Virus record (IMG/VR): IMGVR_UViG_3300046411_000570
Coordinates: 1 to 55,015 of that record
Length of the DNA: 55,015 bases
Source: a virus
Lineage: Duplodnaviria > Caudoviricetes
Reading direction: 5' to 3' (one strand)
The notes under the pieces: generated by a model
Seen by the model: the letters and a program-made list of their open reading frames with translations, nothing else
Databases searched by the model: none
What the model was told of the DNA's origin: nothing
Made by a program: the position numbers and the translations under genes
Shown here: positions 39,370 to 49,001 of the stretch, piece after piece
Numbering within the stretch: the first letter of the stretch is position 1
Layout: every line of letters begins with the position of its first letter

Positions 39370-40014
39370 ATGAAATTAATATCGGAAGAAATTCAACAAG
39401 CAGAGTATATTGTTGAAGATAAAAATGGTAAAAAGGACTACAAAATTCGTGGTGTCTTTTTACAATCAGATATCAAAAACAAAAACGGAAGAATATACGA
39501 GAATGATATTCTTGCGAAAGAAGTTAACCGATATAATAGAGAATTTATCCAAAAAAATCGTGCATTTGGTGAACTAGGCCATCCTGATGGTCCTACGGTA
39601 AATTTAGAGAGAGTATCACATATGGTAACCGCTCTAACACCAGACGGTAAAAATTTTATGGGTGAAGCCAAGATTATGAACACACCTTACGGTAAGATTG
39701 TAAAAAGTCTTATTGATGATGGTGCTCAATTAGGAGTATCTTCAAGAGGTATGGGTTCCTTGGTTCAAAAGAACGGCGCCAACTATGTAGGAAAAGACTT
39801 CTATCTAGCTGCTGCCGCTGACATTGTTGCAGACCCAAGCGCTCCAGACGCTTTCGTAGAAGGTATTATGGAAAATAAAGAGTGGGTATGGGATAATGGT
39901 ATAGTTAAATCAAAAGATATTGAAGAATATAAAGAGTATATACAGAAAGCAAAGTCAATCAAATTAGCAGAAGCTAAGGCGGATGTCTTTAAATCCTTTC
40001 TTAAAAATCTCTAA
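39370..40014 (+). CDS. gp21: Prohead protease gp21
   Basis: NKNGRIY, GELGHP, GVSSRGMGS, DIVADPSAPDA. Confidence 0.96.
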   Translation: MKLISEEIQQAEYIVEDKNGKKDYKIRGVFLQSDIKNKNGRIYENDILAKEVNRYNREFIQKNRAFGELGHPDGPTVNLERVSHMVTALTPDGKNFMGEAKIMNTPYGKIVKSLIDDGAQLGVSSRGMGSLVQKNGANYVGKDFYLAAAADIVADPSAPDAFVEGIMENKEWVWDNGIVKSKDIEEYKEYIQKAKSIKLAEAKADVFKSFLKNL

Positions 40015-40017
40015 TAT

Positions 40018-40025
40018 TATAAATA
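40018..40025 (+). promoter_or_regulatory. T4-type late promoter
   Basis: Intergenic TATAAATA before gp22. Confidence 0.8.
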
Positions 40026-40076
40026 TCATATAGAAGAGAAAATAAACGTTTATTTTTTAAATAAGGAGATTTCTAA

Positions 40077-41267
40077 ATGGCCGAGACAGAAAACAAAGTA
40101 GAGGCTCTGGAAAAAGAAGCGGTGGCAGAAGCTAGTGCTAACCCACAAGCGGACGCTCCAAAGAAGAACGCTGTAGCGGCTGAACCTTCTCACATTGCTA
40201 GTATGAATAATGCTGAGGATTTGGGTGCAGCTGTAGTTAAACCTACAGATTCTAATCCAGACGCAACTAAAAAAACCAAGCAGGTTTCTGGTGACGCTCA
40301 ACAAAAATCGCAAGGTGCTCCTGAGGCAATGCCAAAATTGTCAGGACACAATACGAAGTTAGAGTCAACAGAAGACGAAGGTTCGGAAGAAATCAAAGAA
40401 GGCGAAATGCCTAAAGCTGCTCTTGACGCTCTTAAAAAGTCGCAAGACAAAGAGAAGAAAGAAGAAGCAGACGCTGAAGACAAAGAGAAGAAAGATGAGA
40501 AATATATGAAGGCTTCTTACAAAAAAGAAGACATAGATGTTTCTGACCACGTTGAAGCTCTTGTTAACGGTGAAACTGATTTATCCGAAGAATTTAAAAA
40601 CAAGGCTGCTACCATATTTGAAACAGCAATTAAGTCAAAAGTGGCTGAGATTGCAGAATCAATGGAAGCAGACTATAACAACAAATTAGAGCAAGAAAGT
40701 GCAAAAGCAAAAGAAGAGTTAACTGAAAAAGTTGATTCTTACTTGTCTTACGTTGTTGAAGAGTGGATGAAAGAAAACGAAATCGCTCTTGAACGAGGAA
40801 TTAAAGGCGAGATTGCTGAAGACTTTATTTCTGGTCTTAAAAAACTTTTCTCTGAACATTATATTGATGTTCCAGATGAGAAGTATGATGTTTTGGAAGC
40901 GCAAGCAACTAAAATTGAAGACCTAGAAAAGAAGTTAAACGAGCAAATTGAAAAGAATGTTGAACTAAACAGCGACAACGCAAGCAAAACTCAAAAAGAA
41001 GTTATGGCTGAAGTTGCTTCTGATTTAGCAGACACTCAAAAAGAAAAATTTGCTAAACTTGCTGAAGAGATTGAATACTCAAATGCAGATGACTTTAAGA
41101 AAAAGTGTGAAACTATTAAAGAATCATACTTTGGACAAAAGGCAAAAGCAGATGAGTCTTTAGATGATGTGGCGGCTGATGATGGAGCTTCTAACGAAGA
41201 CCTATCAAAAGCGATGGCTGCTTATACTGCCGCTATTAGTAAAACAAAAGATATGAAAATATCTTAA
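40077..41267 (+). CDS. gp22: Prohead core scaffold protein gp22
   Basis: LSEEFKNKAATIFE, VDSYLSYVVEEWM; between gp21 and gp23. Confidence 0.93.
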   Translation: MAETENKVEALEKEAVAEASANPQADAPKKNAVAAEPSHIASMNNAEDLGAAVVKPTDSNPDATKKTKQVSGDAQQKSQGAPEAMPKLSGHNTKLESTEDEGSEEIKEGEMPKAALDALKKSQDKEKKEEADAEDKEKKDEKYMKASYKKEDIDVSDHVEALVNGETDLSEEFKNKAATIFETAIKSKVAEIAESMEADYNNKLEQESAKAKEELTEKVDSYLSYVVEEWMKENEIALERGIKGEIAEDFISGLKKLFSEHYIDVPDEKYDVLEAQATKIEDLEKKLNEQIEKNVELNSDNASKTQKEVMAEVASDLADTQKEKFAKLAEEIEYSNADDFKKKCETIKESYFGQKAKADESLDDVAADDGASNEDLSKAMAAYTAAISKTKDMKIS

Positions 41268-41291
41268 TATCAAGGAAAAGGGAGAAAAATA

Positions 41292-42629
41292 ATGTACTTA
41301 TCCGAAACTCACGAAAAAAAATGGCAGCCAGTCCTTGAGCATCCTGATTTACCAAAAATCACGGACTCATACAGACGTGCCGTCACCTCTGTTATCTTGG
41401 AAAACCAAGAAAGAGCTTCTAAAGAAGACAACGCTTTCTTATCAGAGGCTGCACCAACTAACGCAACTGGTTCAGCTATCTCTAACTGGGATCCAATCCT
41501 AATTAGTCTAGTAAGAAGAGCAATGCCTAATTTAATTGCTTACGATATCGCAGGTGTTCAACCAATGACTGGTCCTACTGGTCTTATATTTGCTATGAGA
41601 AGCAGATACACTAATCAAACTGGCGCAGAAGCTATGTTTGACGAAGCTGATACTGATTTCTCTGGTAGAAACGCTGCTGGTTCAAGTGTAGATGGTTATT
41701 CATCTACAGCACATTCAGGTGCTAATCCATCAGTATTAAACGATAGCTCACCAGGTACTTACACAAAAGGTACTGCTATGACTACAGCTGCTGCTGAAGC
41801 ATTAGGTGACGCTAGTGGAAATGCATTTGCTGAAATGGCATTCTCAATTGAGAAGTCAACGGTAACTGCTAAGTCAAGAGCTCTTAAAGCCGAGTACACA
41901 ATGGAACTCGCTCAAGACCTTAAAGCAATCCACGGTTTAGACGCTGAAACTGAACTTGCAAACATCTTATCTGCTGAAATCTTAGCTGAAATCAATAGAG
42001 AAGTAGTAAGAACTATCTACATCAACGCTGAAAAAGGTGCTGCTGTAAATACAACAACTGCTGGTATATTTGATTTAGATACTGACTCAAACGGTAGATG
42101 GTCTGTTGAGAGATTCAAAGGTCTTATGTTCCAATTGGAAAGAGACGCAAACAGAATCGCTCAGAGAACAAGAAGAGGTAAAGGTAATATGATAGTCTGT
42201 TCTTCAGACGTTGCCTCTGCTCTTCAAATGGCAGGTGTATTAGACTATACTCCAGCTCTTAACAACAACCTAAACGTTGATGACACAGGTAATACTTTTG
42301 CTGGTGTTCTTAACGGTAGATACAAAGTATATATTGACCCATACTCTGCTAATAGTGCTGCTAAGCAATACTATGTAGTTGGTTATAAAGGTACTTCACC
42401 TTATGACGCTGGTATGTTCTATTGTCCATATGTACCTCTACAAATGGTAAGAGCAGTTGGTCAAGATACGTTCCAACCAAAAATTGGTTTCAAGACTAGA
42501 TATGGTCTTGTTGCTAACCCATTTGCTGAAACAGGTGCCATTTCTGGTGCTGCTACTCCAGTAAATGACGCTGGTTCTGCTAACTCAAACAGATACTACC
42601 AAAAAGTACAAGTTGCAAACTTAATGTAA
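41292..42629 (+). CDS. gp23: Major capsid protein gp23
   Basis: GVQPMTGPTGLIFAMR, SRALKAEYTMELAQDLKAIHGLDAE, FQPKIGFKTRYG. Confidence 0.98.
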   Translation: MYLSETHEKKWQPVLEHPDLPKITDSYRRAVTSVILENQERASKEDNAFLSEAAPTNATGSAISNWDPILISLVRRAMPNLIAYDIAGVQPMTGPTGLIFAMRSRYTNQTGAEAMFDEADTDFSGRNAAGSSVDGYSSTAHSGANPSVLNDSSPGTYTKGTAMTTAAAEALGDASGNAFAEMAFSIEKSTVTAKSRALKAEYTMELAQDLKAIHGLDAETELANILSAEILAEINREVVRTIYINAEKGAAVNTTTAGIFDLDTDSNGRWSVERFKGLMFQLERDANRIAQRTRRGKGNMIVCSSDVASALQMAGVLDYTPALNNNLNVDDTGNTFAGVLNGRYKVYIDPYSANSAAKQYYVVGYKGTSPYDAGMFYCPYVPLQMVRAVGQDTFQPKIGFKTRYGLVANPFAETGAISGAATPVNDAGSANSNRYYQKVQVANLM

Positions 42630-42656
42630 TTTTACTTTGCGAAGTACAAACTTCAG

Positions 42657-42687
42657 AAAAGGGCGGCTTTATGTCGCCCTTTTTTTT
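42657..42687 (+). terminator. Rho-independent terminator after gp23
   Basis: GGGCGGC-TTTAT-GTCGCCC hairpin followed by T8 and preceded by A4. Confidence 0.92.
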
Positions 42688-42732
42688 GGCCTAAAAAACG
42701 CCTAAATAATAATACACTATAAAAAAGGACTT

Positions 42733-43047
42733 ATGGAACTAACAAGTATTTTAAAGAAAAATATTGTAATGATACCTGTTGTGGCCTCAATATTGGTTGG
42801 GTCATTTACTGGTGTCAAATACGTCATCAACTTAACAAGTCAAATTAACGACTCAGCATTAGAAATTACAAATCTTAAAAGAGATATTGCATTAGTAGCC
42901 GAGAATAATGCTGACCTAAAAACACGTTTATCCAGAGCGGAGGGTACGTGGGAAATGGCTGAAAACCTATACAGAGAACTTGCTGAAAAGGTTAGAGACC
43001 AAGCCTGGGATATTAAAGACTTAAACAGAGACGTAAACGGATATTAA
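42733..43047 (+). CDS. Hypothetical membrane-anchored coiled-coil protein
   Basis: N-terminal hydrophobic helix followed by heptad pattern. Confidence 0.75.
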   Translation: MELTSILKKNIVMIPVVASILVGSFTGVKYVINLTSQINDSALEITNLKRDIALVAENNADLKTRLSRAEGTWEMAENLYRELAEKVRDQAWDIKDLNRDVNGY

Positions 43048-43048
43048 T

Positions 43049-43612
43049 ATGAAGTATCTAGCTGCCAAAATATGGTGCTTAGCATTACTGGTACTTCTAA
43101 TCGTATCATTTACAAGTAAAGCAGAAGCAAGAAACGAGTATCTTAACAATGGTTCAAACGATTGTAGATACGGTGATATGGATATTAGTGTAGAAAATTA
43201 TAGAGGTAATACTGATTACATTTATGGCGATAGTGATTATGAATCAGATAACTATAATGTAAGATTAACATTTAGAAAGTATCTAGGAATTAGTAAAAAA
43301 GATTGTGAAGAAAGAAATGAAATTACACTAGAGAATGAAAATTTAAAACAAGAATTGGAAATGCTTAAAGTCTGCCAAAGATATGCAGATAGACCTTTAC
43401 CACCACAATTCTCTACGGTAGAAAAACATTGTAAAGGTTTAAGAGCAACTCCTAAAAGAGTAAAAGAAGAAGAGCCAGCTTGGGACAAATCTAAAAAAGA
43501 ATGGGTAAAAGAAAATCCTGATATAGCTATATACAATACTGAAAAGAAAACGTTGAAAATGCCACCAAAAGATTTCGTATTACCTGAGCCAGGAACACAG
43601 CCTACTAACTAG
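43049..43612 (+). CDS. Hypothetical exported protein
   Basis: Signal peptide ending AEA; four Cys in the mature part. Confidence 0.75.
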   Translation: MKYLAAKIWCLALLVLLIVSFTSKAEARNEYLNNGSNDCRYGDMDISVENYRGNTDYIYGDSDYESDNYNVRLTFRKYLGISKKDCEERNEITLENENLKQELEMLKVCQRYADRPLPPQFSTVEKHCKGLRATPKRVKEEEPAWDKSKKEWVKENPDIAIYNTEKKTLKMPPKDFVLPEPGTQPTN

Positions 43613-43620
43613 TATAAATA
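43613..43620 (+). promoter_or_regulatory. T4-type late promoter (leaderless geometry)
   Basis: TATAAATA 5 nt before ATG 43626. Confidence 0.8.
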
Positions 43621-43625
43621 GTAGT

Positions 43626-44249
43626 ATGACAACTACAAATGCATTATCAAGACAACCAACTAAATTAGACTTAGCGTCTCCGGCGCAGTTTAAATTTAGT
43701 ATTATTAAGTTACCTAAAGTAGAATACTTTTGTACATCAGCAAATATACCAGAAGTTTCTATGCCATCAGCAACACAATCAACACCTTTTAGAGACATAC
43801 CTGTACCAGGTGAAAAGATTAGTTTTGGTGATTTAAATATTACATTTTTGATAGACGAAAATTTAGATAACTACCGAGAAATGCACGGCTGGTTGACAGG
43901 TATAGGTTTCCCTAGTGATAGACAACAATATACAAATATGCTTGACGCAAATAAGGATAGATTTCCAGTCATAGGTAAAGAAAGTAAAGCTACTGACCCT
44001 GGAAAAGTAGTCTCTGGTGCTACTCCAATAGGTCCTATTTTTTCAGACGCCACACTTAACATACTATCTAGTAAGAACCGTGGTAATATAGAGGTTAGAT
44101 TTAGTGATGTATTTCCTGTATCATTATCTTCTTTGTCCTTTGACCAACAAGCAACAGATGTTGAGTATCTATCTGCTACAGCGACCTTTCAATATAAGAT
44201 TTATGAGTTTGCACAACAAGGCAAACAAGCTACTGATATCGTATCCTAA
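43626..44249 (+). CDS. gp3: Tail tube terminator/completion protein gp3
   Basis: FCTSANIP, PGEKISFGDLNITFLIDENLDNY, FPVSLS. Confidence 0.88.
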   Translation: MTTTNALSRQPTKLDLASPAQFKFSIIKLPKVEYFCTSANIPEVSMPSATQSTPFRDIPVPGEKISFGDLNITFLIDENLDNYREMHGWLTGIGFPSDRQQYTNMLDANKDRFPVIGKESKATDPGKVVSGATPIGPIFSDATLNILSSKNRGNIEVRFSDVFPVSLSSLSFDQQATDVEYLSATATFQYKIYEFAQQGKQATDIVS

Positions 44250-44251
44250 AC

Positions 44252-44280
44252 TTTACATTTTCAGTATATTATGATACATT
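44252..44280 (+). promoter_or_regulatory. Sigma70-type promoter for uvsY
   Basis: TTTACA-17 bp-TACATT with extended -10 TG. Confidence 0.6.
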
Positions 44281-44289
44281 GGAGACATT

Positions 44290-44718
44290 ATGGATTTAGA
44301 AAAACTACAAGAGTTGGTTGATAAAGATTTGAAGTTGAATGAAACTGAATTAGATTTAGAGTCTTTAAAAACACCACAATTACACAACAAATATATGAAG
44401 CACTTAACCAACTTTAAGTTGATGTTAAGCAAAGCTGAGTCTGATTTAAATACAATCAAACGTGAAAAATGGGAGTATTATACAGGCAAAGCAGACGCTT
44501 CAGTATATGCAGAGAAACCTTTTAACTTAAAAATTTTAAAACAAGACGTTGACAAGTATCTTGATTCTGATATTGAAATTCAACGTGCAAAACATAAAGT
44601 GGATTACTTACAAACTACAACTGATTTTTTAGATAGAACTATTAGACAAATTTCAAATAGAACCTTTACAATAAAAAATGCAATTGAGTGGCGTAAGTTT
44701 ACTAGTGGCGCTATTTAA
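44290..44718 (+). CDS. uvsY: Recombination mediator UvsY
   Basis: ESLKTPQLHNKY, WEYYTGK, IKNAIEWRKF. Confidence 0.92.
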   Translation: MDLEKLQELVDKDLKLNETELDLESLKTPQLHNKYMKHLTNFKLMLSKAESDLNTIKREKWEYYTGKADASVYAEKPFNLKILKQDVDKYLDSDIEIQRAKHKVDYLQTTTDFLDRTIRQISNRTFTIKNAIEWRKFTSGAI

Positions 44719-46208
44719 TGAACAACATAAGATATCTGGTCATTGAAAAGAAAGATGACGTTTACCTAAAAATTGACGCTGACGAAAGTATCAGGAGAGA
44801 CCTTGGTGAATTTTTTACCTTTGAGGTTCCTGGTTTTAAGTTTATGCCTCAATTTAGAAATCGTGTATGGGACGGAAAGATAAGATTATTTTCTTATCAA
44901 ACAGGTCAAATATATACAGGTTTATATCCTTACATTTTAAAATGGTGTAAAGATAATGATGTTGAAGTTGTTGATGGTACAAAGATTACAGATACAAAAG
45001 TAGATGATACTAAAGTAGATAAGTTTATTGAAGCCTTAAAGATACCTTTCAAAGTTAGAGATTACCAGAGAGAAGCATTTGTATATGCAACAAGAACAAA
45101 TAGGTGCTTGTTATTGTCGCCAACTGCCTCTGGTAAATCTCTTATAACATATCTATTAGTAAGATTTAATTTATTAAGATTAAAAGAAGAAAAGAAAAAA
45201 ATATTAGTTATCGTACCAACCACTTCTTTGGTAGAACAATTATATAAAGATTTTAAAGATTATGGCTGGTCGCCTGAAAAAAATGTACATAGAATATATC
45301 AAGGTCACGCAAAAGAAACAAATAAACCAATTATAATTTCAACTTGGCAATCAATATACAATCAACCTAAAAAATGGTTTACACAATTTGGTATGATTAT
45401 AGGTGATGAAGCACACTTATTCAAGGCAGTTTCACTAACAAAAATTATGACCAAACTGGTAAAATGTCCTTACAGAGTAGGTATGACAGGTACTTTAGAT
45501 GGTTCAAAAACACATAAACTTGTACTAGAAGGACTATTTGGTGCTGTAAATAAGGTAGTATCCACAACGGAACTTATGGAGAAAGGAAAGTTATCTGACC
45601 TCAAAATATTCTGTTTGGTCTTACAACACGGTAAACAGGAAAAAGAATTCGTAAAAGGTAAAACATATCAAGAAGAAATGGATTTTATAGTATCTAACGA
45701 AAAACGGAACAAGTATATTAGAAACTTGGCCGCTGGACTACAAGGCAATACACTATGTTTATTTCAATACGTTGAAAAACACGGCGAAAATTTATATAAA
45801 ATGATAAAGGAAAAAGCAAATGACAAAAAAGTATTTTACGTTCACGGAGGAGTTGACACAGAGGAAAGAGAAACTATTAGAGAGATTACAGAGAATAGCG
45901 ATAGTGCCATTATTGTGGCTTCGTATGGCACCTTCTCAACTGGAATTAATATTAGGAACTTGCATAATATTATCTTTGCTAGTCCTAGCAAGTCTAGGAT
46001 AAGGAACTTGCAAAGCATAGGTCGTGGTCTACGATTAAAAGACAACAATTCACACGCTACTTTATATGATGTCGCAGATGATTTAACTCACAATGAAAAA
46101 GAGAATTACACTCTGGCTCATTTTAGAGAACGGATAAATATATACAGCGGCGAAGACTTTGATTATGAAATTCACAACGTAGAGTTAAACAATGCACCAA
46201 GAAGTTAA
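44718..46208 (+). CDS. uvsW: DNA helicase UvsW
   Basis: WDGKIRLF, SPTASGKS, DEAH, QSIGRGLR. Confidence 0.96.
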   Translation: MNNIRYLVIEKKDDVYLKIDADESIRRDLGEFFTFEVPGFKFMPQFRNRVWDGKIRLFSYQTGQIYTGLYPYILKWCKDNDVEVVDGTKITDTKVDDTKVDKFIEALKIPFKVRDYQREAFVYATRTNRCLLLSPTASGKSLITYLLVRFNLLRLKEEKKKILVIVPTTSLVEQLYKDFKDYGWSPEKNVHRIYQGHAKETNKPIIISTWQSIYNQPKKWFTQFGMIIGDEAHLFKAVSLTKIMTKLVKCPYRVGMTGTLDGSKTHKLVLEGLFGAVNKVVSTTELMEKGKLSDLKIFCLVLQHGKQEKEFVKGKTYQEEMDFIVSNEKRNKYIRNLAAGLQGNTLCLFQYVEKHGENLYKMIKEKANDKKVFYVHGGVDTEERETIREITENSDSAIIVASYGTFSTGINIRNLHNIIFASPSKSRIRNLQSIGRGLRLKDNNSHATLYDVADDLTHNEKENYTLAHFRERINIYSGEDFDYEIHNVELNNAPRS

Positions 46209-46635
46209 AACAAATATAAAAGTTATTAAGCTGATAAATGGTGACGATATTGTATGCCATTTACCACAAAAAGATAAACAATTACCTGACAACTCACCAT
46301 TGTTGAGGTTAGAGAGACCATTACAAATTAAGTATGTGCCTCAAATAACAGCAACTGGTTTTAGGGATTATATTGCTTTGATTCGTTGGGTAAACTTTTC
46401 ACCAGATAATATAGTCACAATACCTAAAGATAAGATTATGACCATAACAGGGGCAACTAAAGAAATGTCTTCACAATACGTTATGATATCAAAAGAATAT
46501 CACACAATACGGCCTCCTGAAAAAGACCAACAAAGGTATGAAAGAAAAGAGTTTACGGCTGATGAAAGTAAAAAGATAAGAGAAATATTTGAAGAATTTG
46601 ATGATGAAGAGGAAGAGAATAAAACTATACACTAG
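46192..46635 (+). CDS. Hypothetical protein
   Basis: IKLINGDDIVC N-terminus and acidic C-terminus; between uvsW and gp55. Confidence 0.78.
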   Translation: MHQEVKTNIKVIKLINGDDIVCHLPQKDKQLPDNSPLLRLERPLQIKYVPQITATGFRDYIALIRWVNFSPDNIVTIPKDKIMTITGATKEMSSQYVMISKEYHTIRPPEKDQQRYERKEFTADESKKIREIFEEFDDEEEENKTIH

Positions 46636-46660
46636 TGTTCTTGAAAACGCTACACCGCTC

Positions 46661-46688
46661 ATTATACAGATAATTTTTCTAATGTCAA
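46661..46688 (-). promoter_or_regulatory. Leftward (antisense) sigma70-type promoter
   Basis: Minus strand TTGACA-16 bp-TATAAT, both hexamers perfect consensus. Confidence 0.65.
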
Positions 46689-46702
46689 GTGTGAAATGAA
46701 CA

Positions 46703-46731
46703 TTGACAAATATAAAAAAATAAGATAGTAT
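46703..46731 (+). promoter_or_regulatory. Sigma70-type promoter for gp55
   Basis: TTGACA-17 bp-TAGTAT. Confidence 0.8.
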
Positions 46732-46740
46732 GAGGATATT

Positions 46741-47259
46741 ATGGCAAGACAAAAATCAAAACCGGAACATTACGTAAACAACAAAGAATTCTTGGCCGCT
46801 ATGGTTGAGTATAGAAAATCTGTTAACAAGGCAAAAAGGAAAAAAGAATCCAAGCCACCTGTGACAGATTATATTGGCAGTTGTTTTCTAAAGATAGCGA
46901 ATCACCTATCGTACAGACCTAATTTTATTAACTATACATACAGAGACGATATGATTTCTGATGGTATAGAAAATTGTTTACAATACCTAGACAATTTTAA
47001 TCCAGAAAAATCTAACAATCCATTTGCATATTTCACACAAATAATTTATTATGCATTTATACGTAGAATTCAAAAAGAAAAGAAACAGACCACAATCAAA
47101 CAAAAGATGATTGCTGAATCTAACTATGATGATATGACCTTACAACCAGGTGAAGACAGAGATTTTAAAAATCAATTCTCGGAGTTTTTAAGACAAAATC
47201 TACCAAAAGAAGAAGACCCTGCTTTATCACCTAAAAAAAAGAAAACTAAAAAGAAGTAA
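46741..47259 (+). CDS. gp55: Late-transcription sigma factor gp55
   Basis: HYVNNKEF, RPNFINYTYRDDMISDGIENC, NPFAYFTQI. Confidence 0.96.
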   Translation: MARQKSKPEHYVNNKEFLAAMVEYRKSVNKAKRKKESKPPVTDYIGSCFLKIANHLSYRPNFINYTYRDDMISDGIENCLQYLDNFNPEKSNNPFAYFTQIIYYAFIRRIQKEKKQTTIKQKMIAESNYDDMTLQPGEDRDFKNQFSEFLRQNLPKEEDPALSPKKKKTKKK

Positions 47260-48305
47260 TGAAAATAGCTTTGTTGAATGACACTCACTTTGGTGTGAGA
47301 AATGATAGCCCGGCTTTTATTAAATATCAAAATAGATTCTATGATGAACTATTTTTTCCATATTTAAAAGAGCATAACATAAACACTTTAATTCATTTAG
47401 GAGATGTAGTTGATAGACGAAAATTCATTAACCATAATACTGCTCATAATTTTAAGCAAGTATTTTGGAACAGATTAGAAGAAATGGGTATTGATACTCA
47501 TATCATTATTGGTAACCACGACACTTATTATAAGAACACAAACGAAGTAAATGCTTTACAAAACCTAGAGATTAGTAAAGGTGCTAAAGTATATACAAAA
47601 GCAACAGAATTAGAATTTGATAATCTTAAAGTATTATTCATACCTTGGATATGTGATGATAATGAAACAGAGTCAGTAGAAACTATTAAAACTAGTACAT
47701 CACCTATTGCAATGGGTCATTTAGAAATAAAAGGTTTTGAAATGCACAACGGCCATTTTAATGACCACGGTCAAGAAAAAGGTATGTTTAAAAGATTTGA
47801 AAAAGTTTTGTCTGGTCACTTTCATAAAAAGTCAGATGACGGACAAATATATTATCTTGGTACACAATACGAAATGACTTGGTCAGACCATATGTGTCCT
47901 AAAGGATTTCATATTTTTGATACTCAAACAAGAGAGATAACAAGAGTACCTAATCCTATTAGAATGTTCAAGAAGATAGTATATAATGACAAAGAAACTA
48001 ACTATGACAATCTTGATTTACAAGAATATGATGAGTGTTTTGTAAAGTTGTTTATATCAAATAAAACTGATACAGATATGTATGATAGATTAATGGATAG
48101 AATATACAATTTAATTAATGTACACTCTATTGATGTTATAGAAGATATGTCAGATGTAAATGCTACCGTAAGGGAAGACATACTTGAACAAGGTGAAGAT
48201 ACATTAACATTTTTAGGTAACTATATTGAACAAGTCAATACAGACCTAGATAAACAAAAGTTAAAAGCTTTTGCAAAAGAACTATATAGTGAGGCAAGCG
48301 AATGA
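47259..48305 (+). CDS. gp47: Recombination endonuclease subunit gp47 (Mre11/SbcD-like)
   Basis: DTHFG, HLGD, GNHD, GHFH metallophosphoesterase motifs. Confidence 0.95.
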   Translation: MKIALLNDTHFGVRNDSPAFIKYQNRFYDELFFPYLKEHNINTLIHLGDVVDRRKFINHNTAHNFKQVFWNRLEEMGIDTHIIIGNHDTYYKNTNEVNALQNLEISKGAKVYTKATELEFDNLKVLFIPWICDDNETESVETIKTSTSPIAMGHLEIKGFEMHNGHFNDHGQEKGMFKRFEKVLSGHFHKKSDDGQIYYLGTQYEMTWSDHMCPKGFHIFDTQTREITRVPNPIRMFKKIVYNDKETNYDNLDLQEYDECFVKLFISNKTDTDMYDRLMDRIYNLINVHSIDVIEDMSDVNATVREDILEQGEDTLTFLGNYIEQVNTDLDKQKLKAFAKELYSEASE

Positions 48306-48994
48306 AACCAGAAATATTAGGAAATATAAAGTTTGGACCATATGTGGCATTGATGAAAGTACATCAACCATTAATTGATGGTCTATTAAAAAGAGCAGAA
48401 AATAAAGAAGAAGGTTCAGGAAATTCTGAACTAGCAAGTTTGATGTCAGACCAAAGAGGCTATAATATGGAAGATAAAGGTTGGTTTGTTAAAGAATTTC
48501 AACCATACATAGACTCTTATGTAGATGGTAATTGTGAATTTTTAGGTACAACTTATAAAGAACCAGAATGGTCTAACAAATTTAATCTAATGAATTTATG
48601 GATTAATTATATGAAAGAAAATGAATATAATCCTACACATACACATAGCGGAATGTTATCTTGGGTTATGTATTTAAAAACACACGACCTAGAAAAAGAA
48701 AGAAAAGAATATACAGGTAGAAGTGCTGGACCAGGCGCAACTATATTTCATTATGGTGAACACTCTTTCCCACAATGGGCAACTCATACACAATCATATT
48801 TACCTGAAGAAGGATATGTATGGATTTTTCCTGCTTTGTTAAGACACGAAGTTATACCTTTTAAAACACCAGGTACTAGAATAAGTGTATCAGGCAATTT
48901 ATACTTTAAACATCCAAGTCAAGAATCAAAAGCAGAACCAGCACCTATGGATCCGGACTTTAAAAGACCACCAGCCGGTACAATGATTAGATAA
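48302..48994 (+). CDS. Putative 2OG-Fe(II) oxygenase
   Basis: WINY...YNPTHTH...LSWVMYL...FPALLRHEV.P...RISVSGN. Confidence 0.85.
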   Translation: MKPEILGNIKFGPYVALMKVHQPLIDGLLKRAENKEEGSGNSELASLMSDQRGYNMEDKGWFVKEFQPYIDSYVDGNCEFLGTTYKEPEWSNKFNLMNLWINYMKENEYNPTHTHSGMLSWVMYLKTHDLEKERKEYTGRSAGPGATIFHYGEHSFPQWATHTQSYLPEEGYVWIFPALLRHEVIPFKTPGTRISVSGNLYFKHPSQESKAEPAPMDPDFKRPPAGTMIR

Positions 48995-49001
48995 TTACTA
49001 A

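Noticed and set aside
42633-42646. Small hairpin TACTT-TGCG-AAGTA after the gp23 stop
   Set aside because: 5-bp AT-rich stem, plausible by chance; the true terminator follows
42733-43612. Firm call as i-spanin/o-spanin
   Set aside because: The second protein has an AxA signal peptidase I site and no lipobox Cys, so it was left hypothetical
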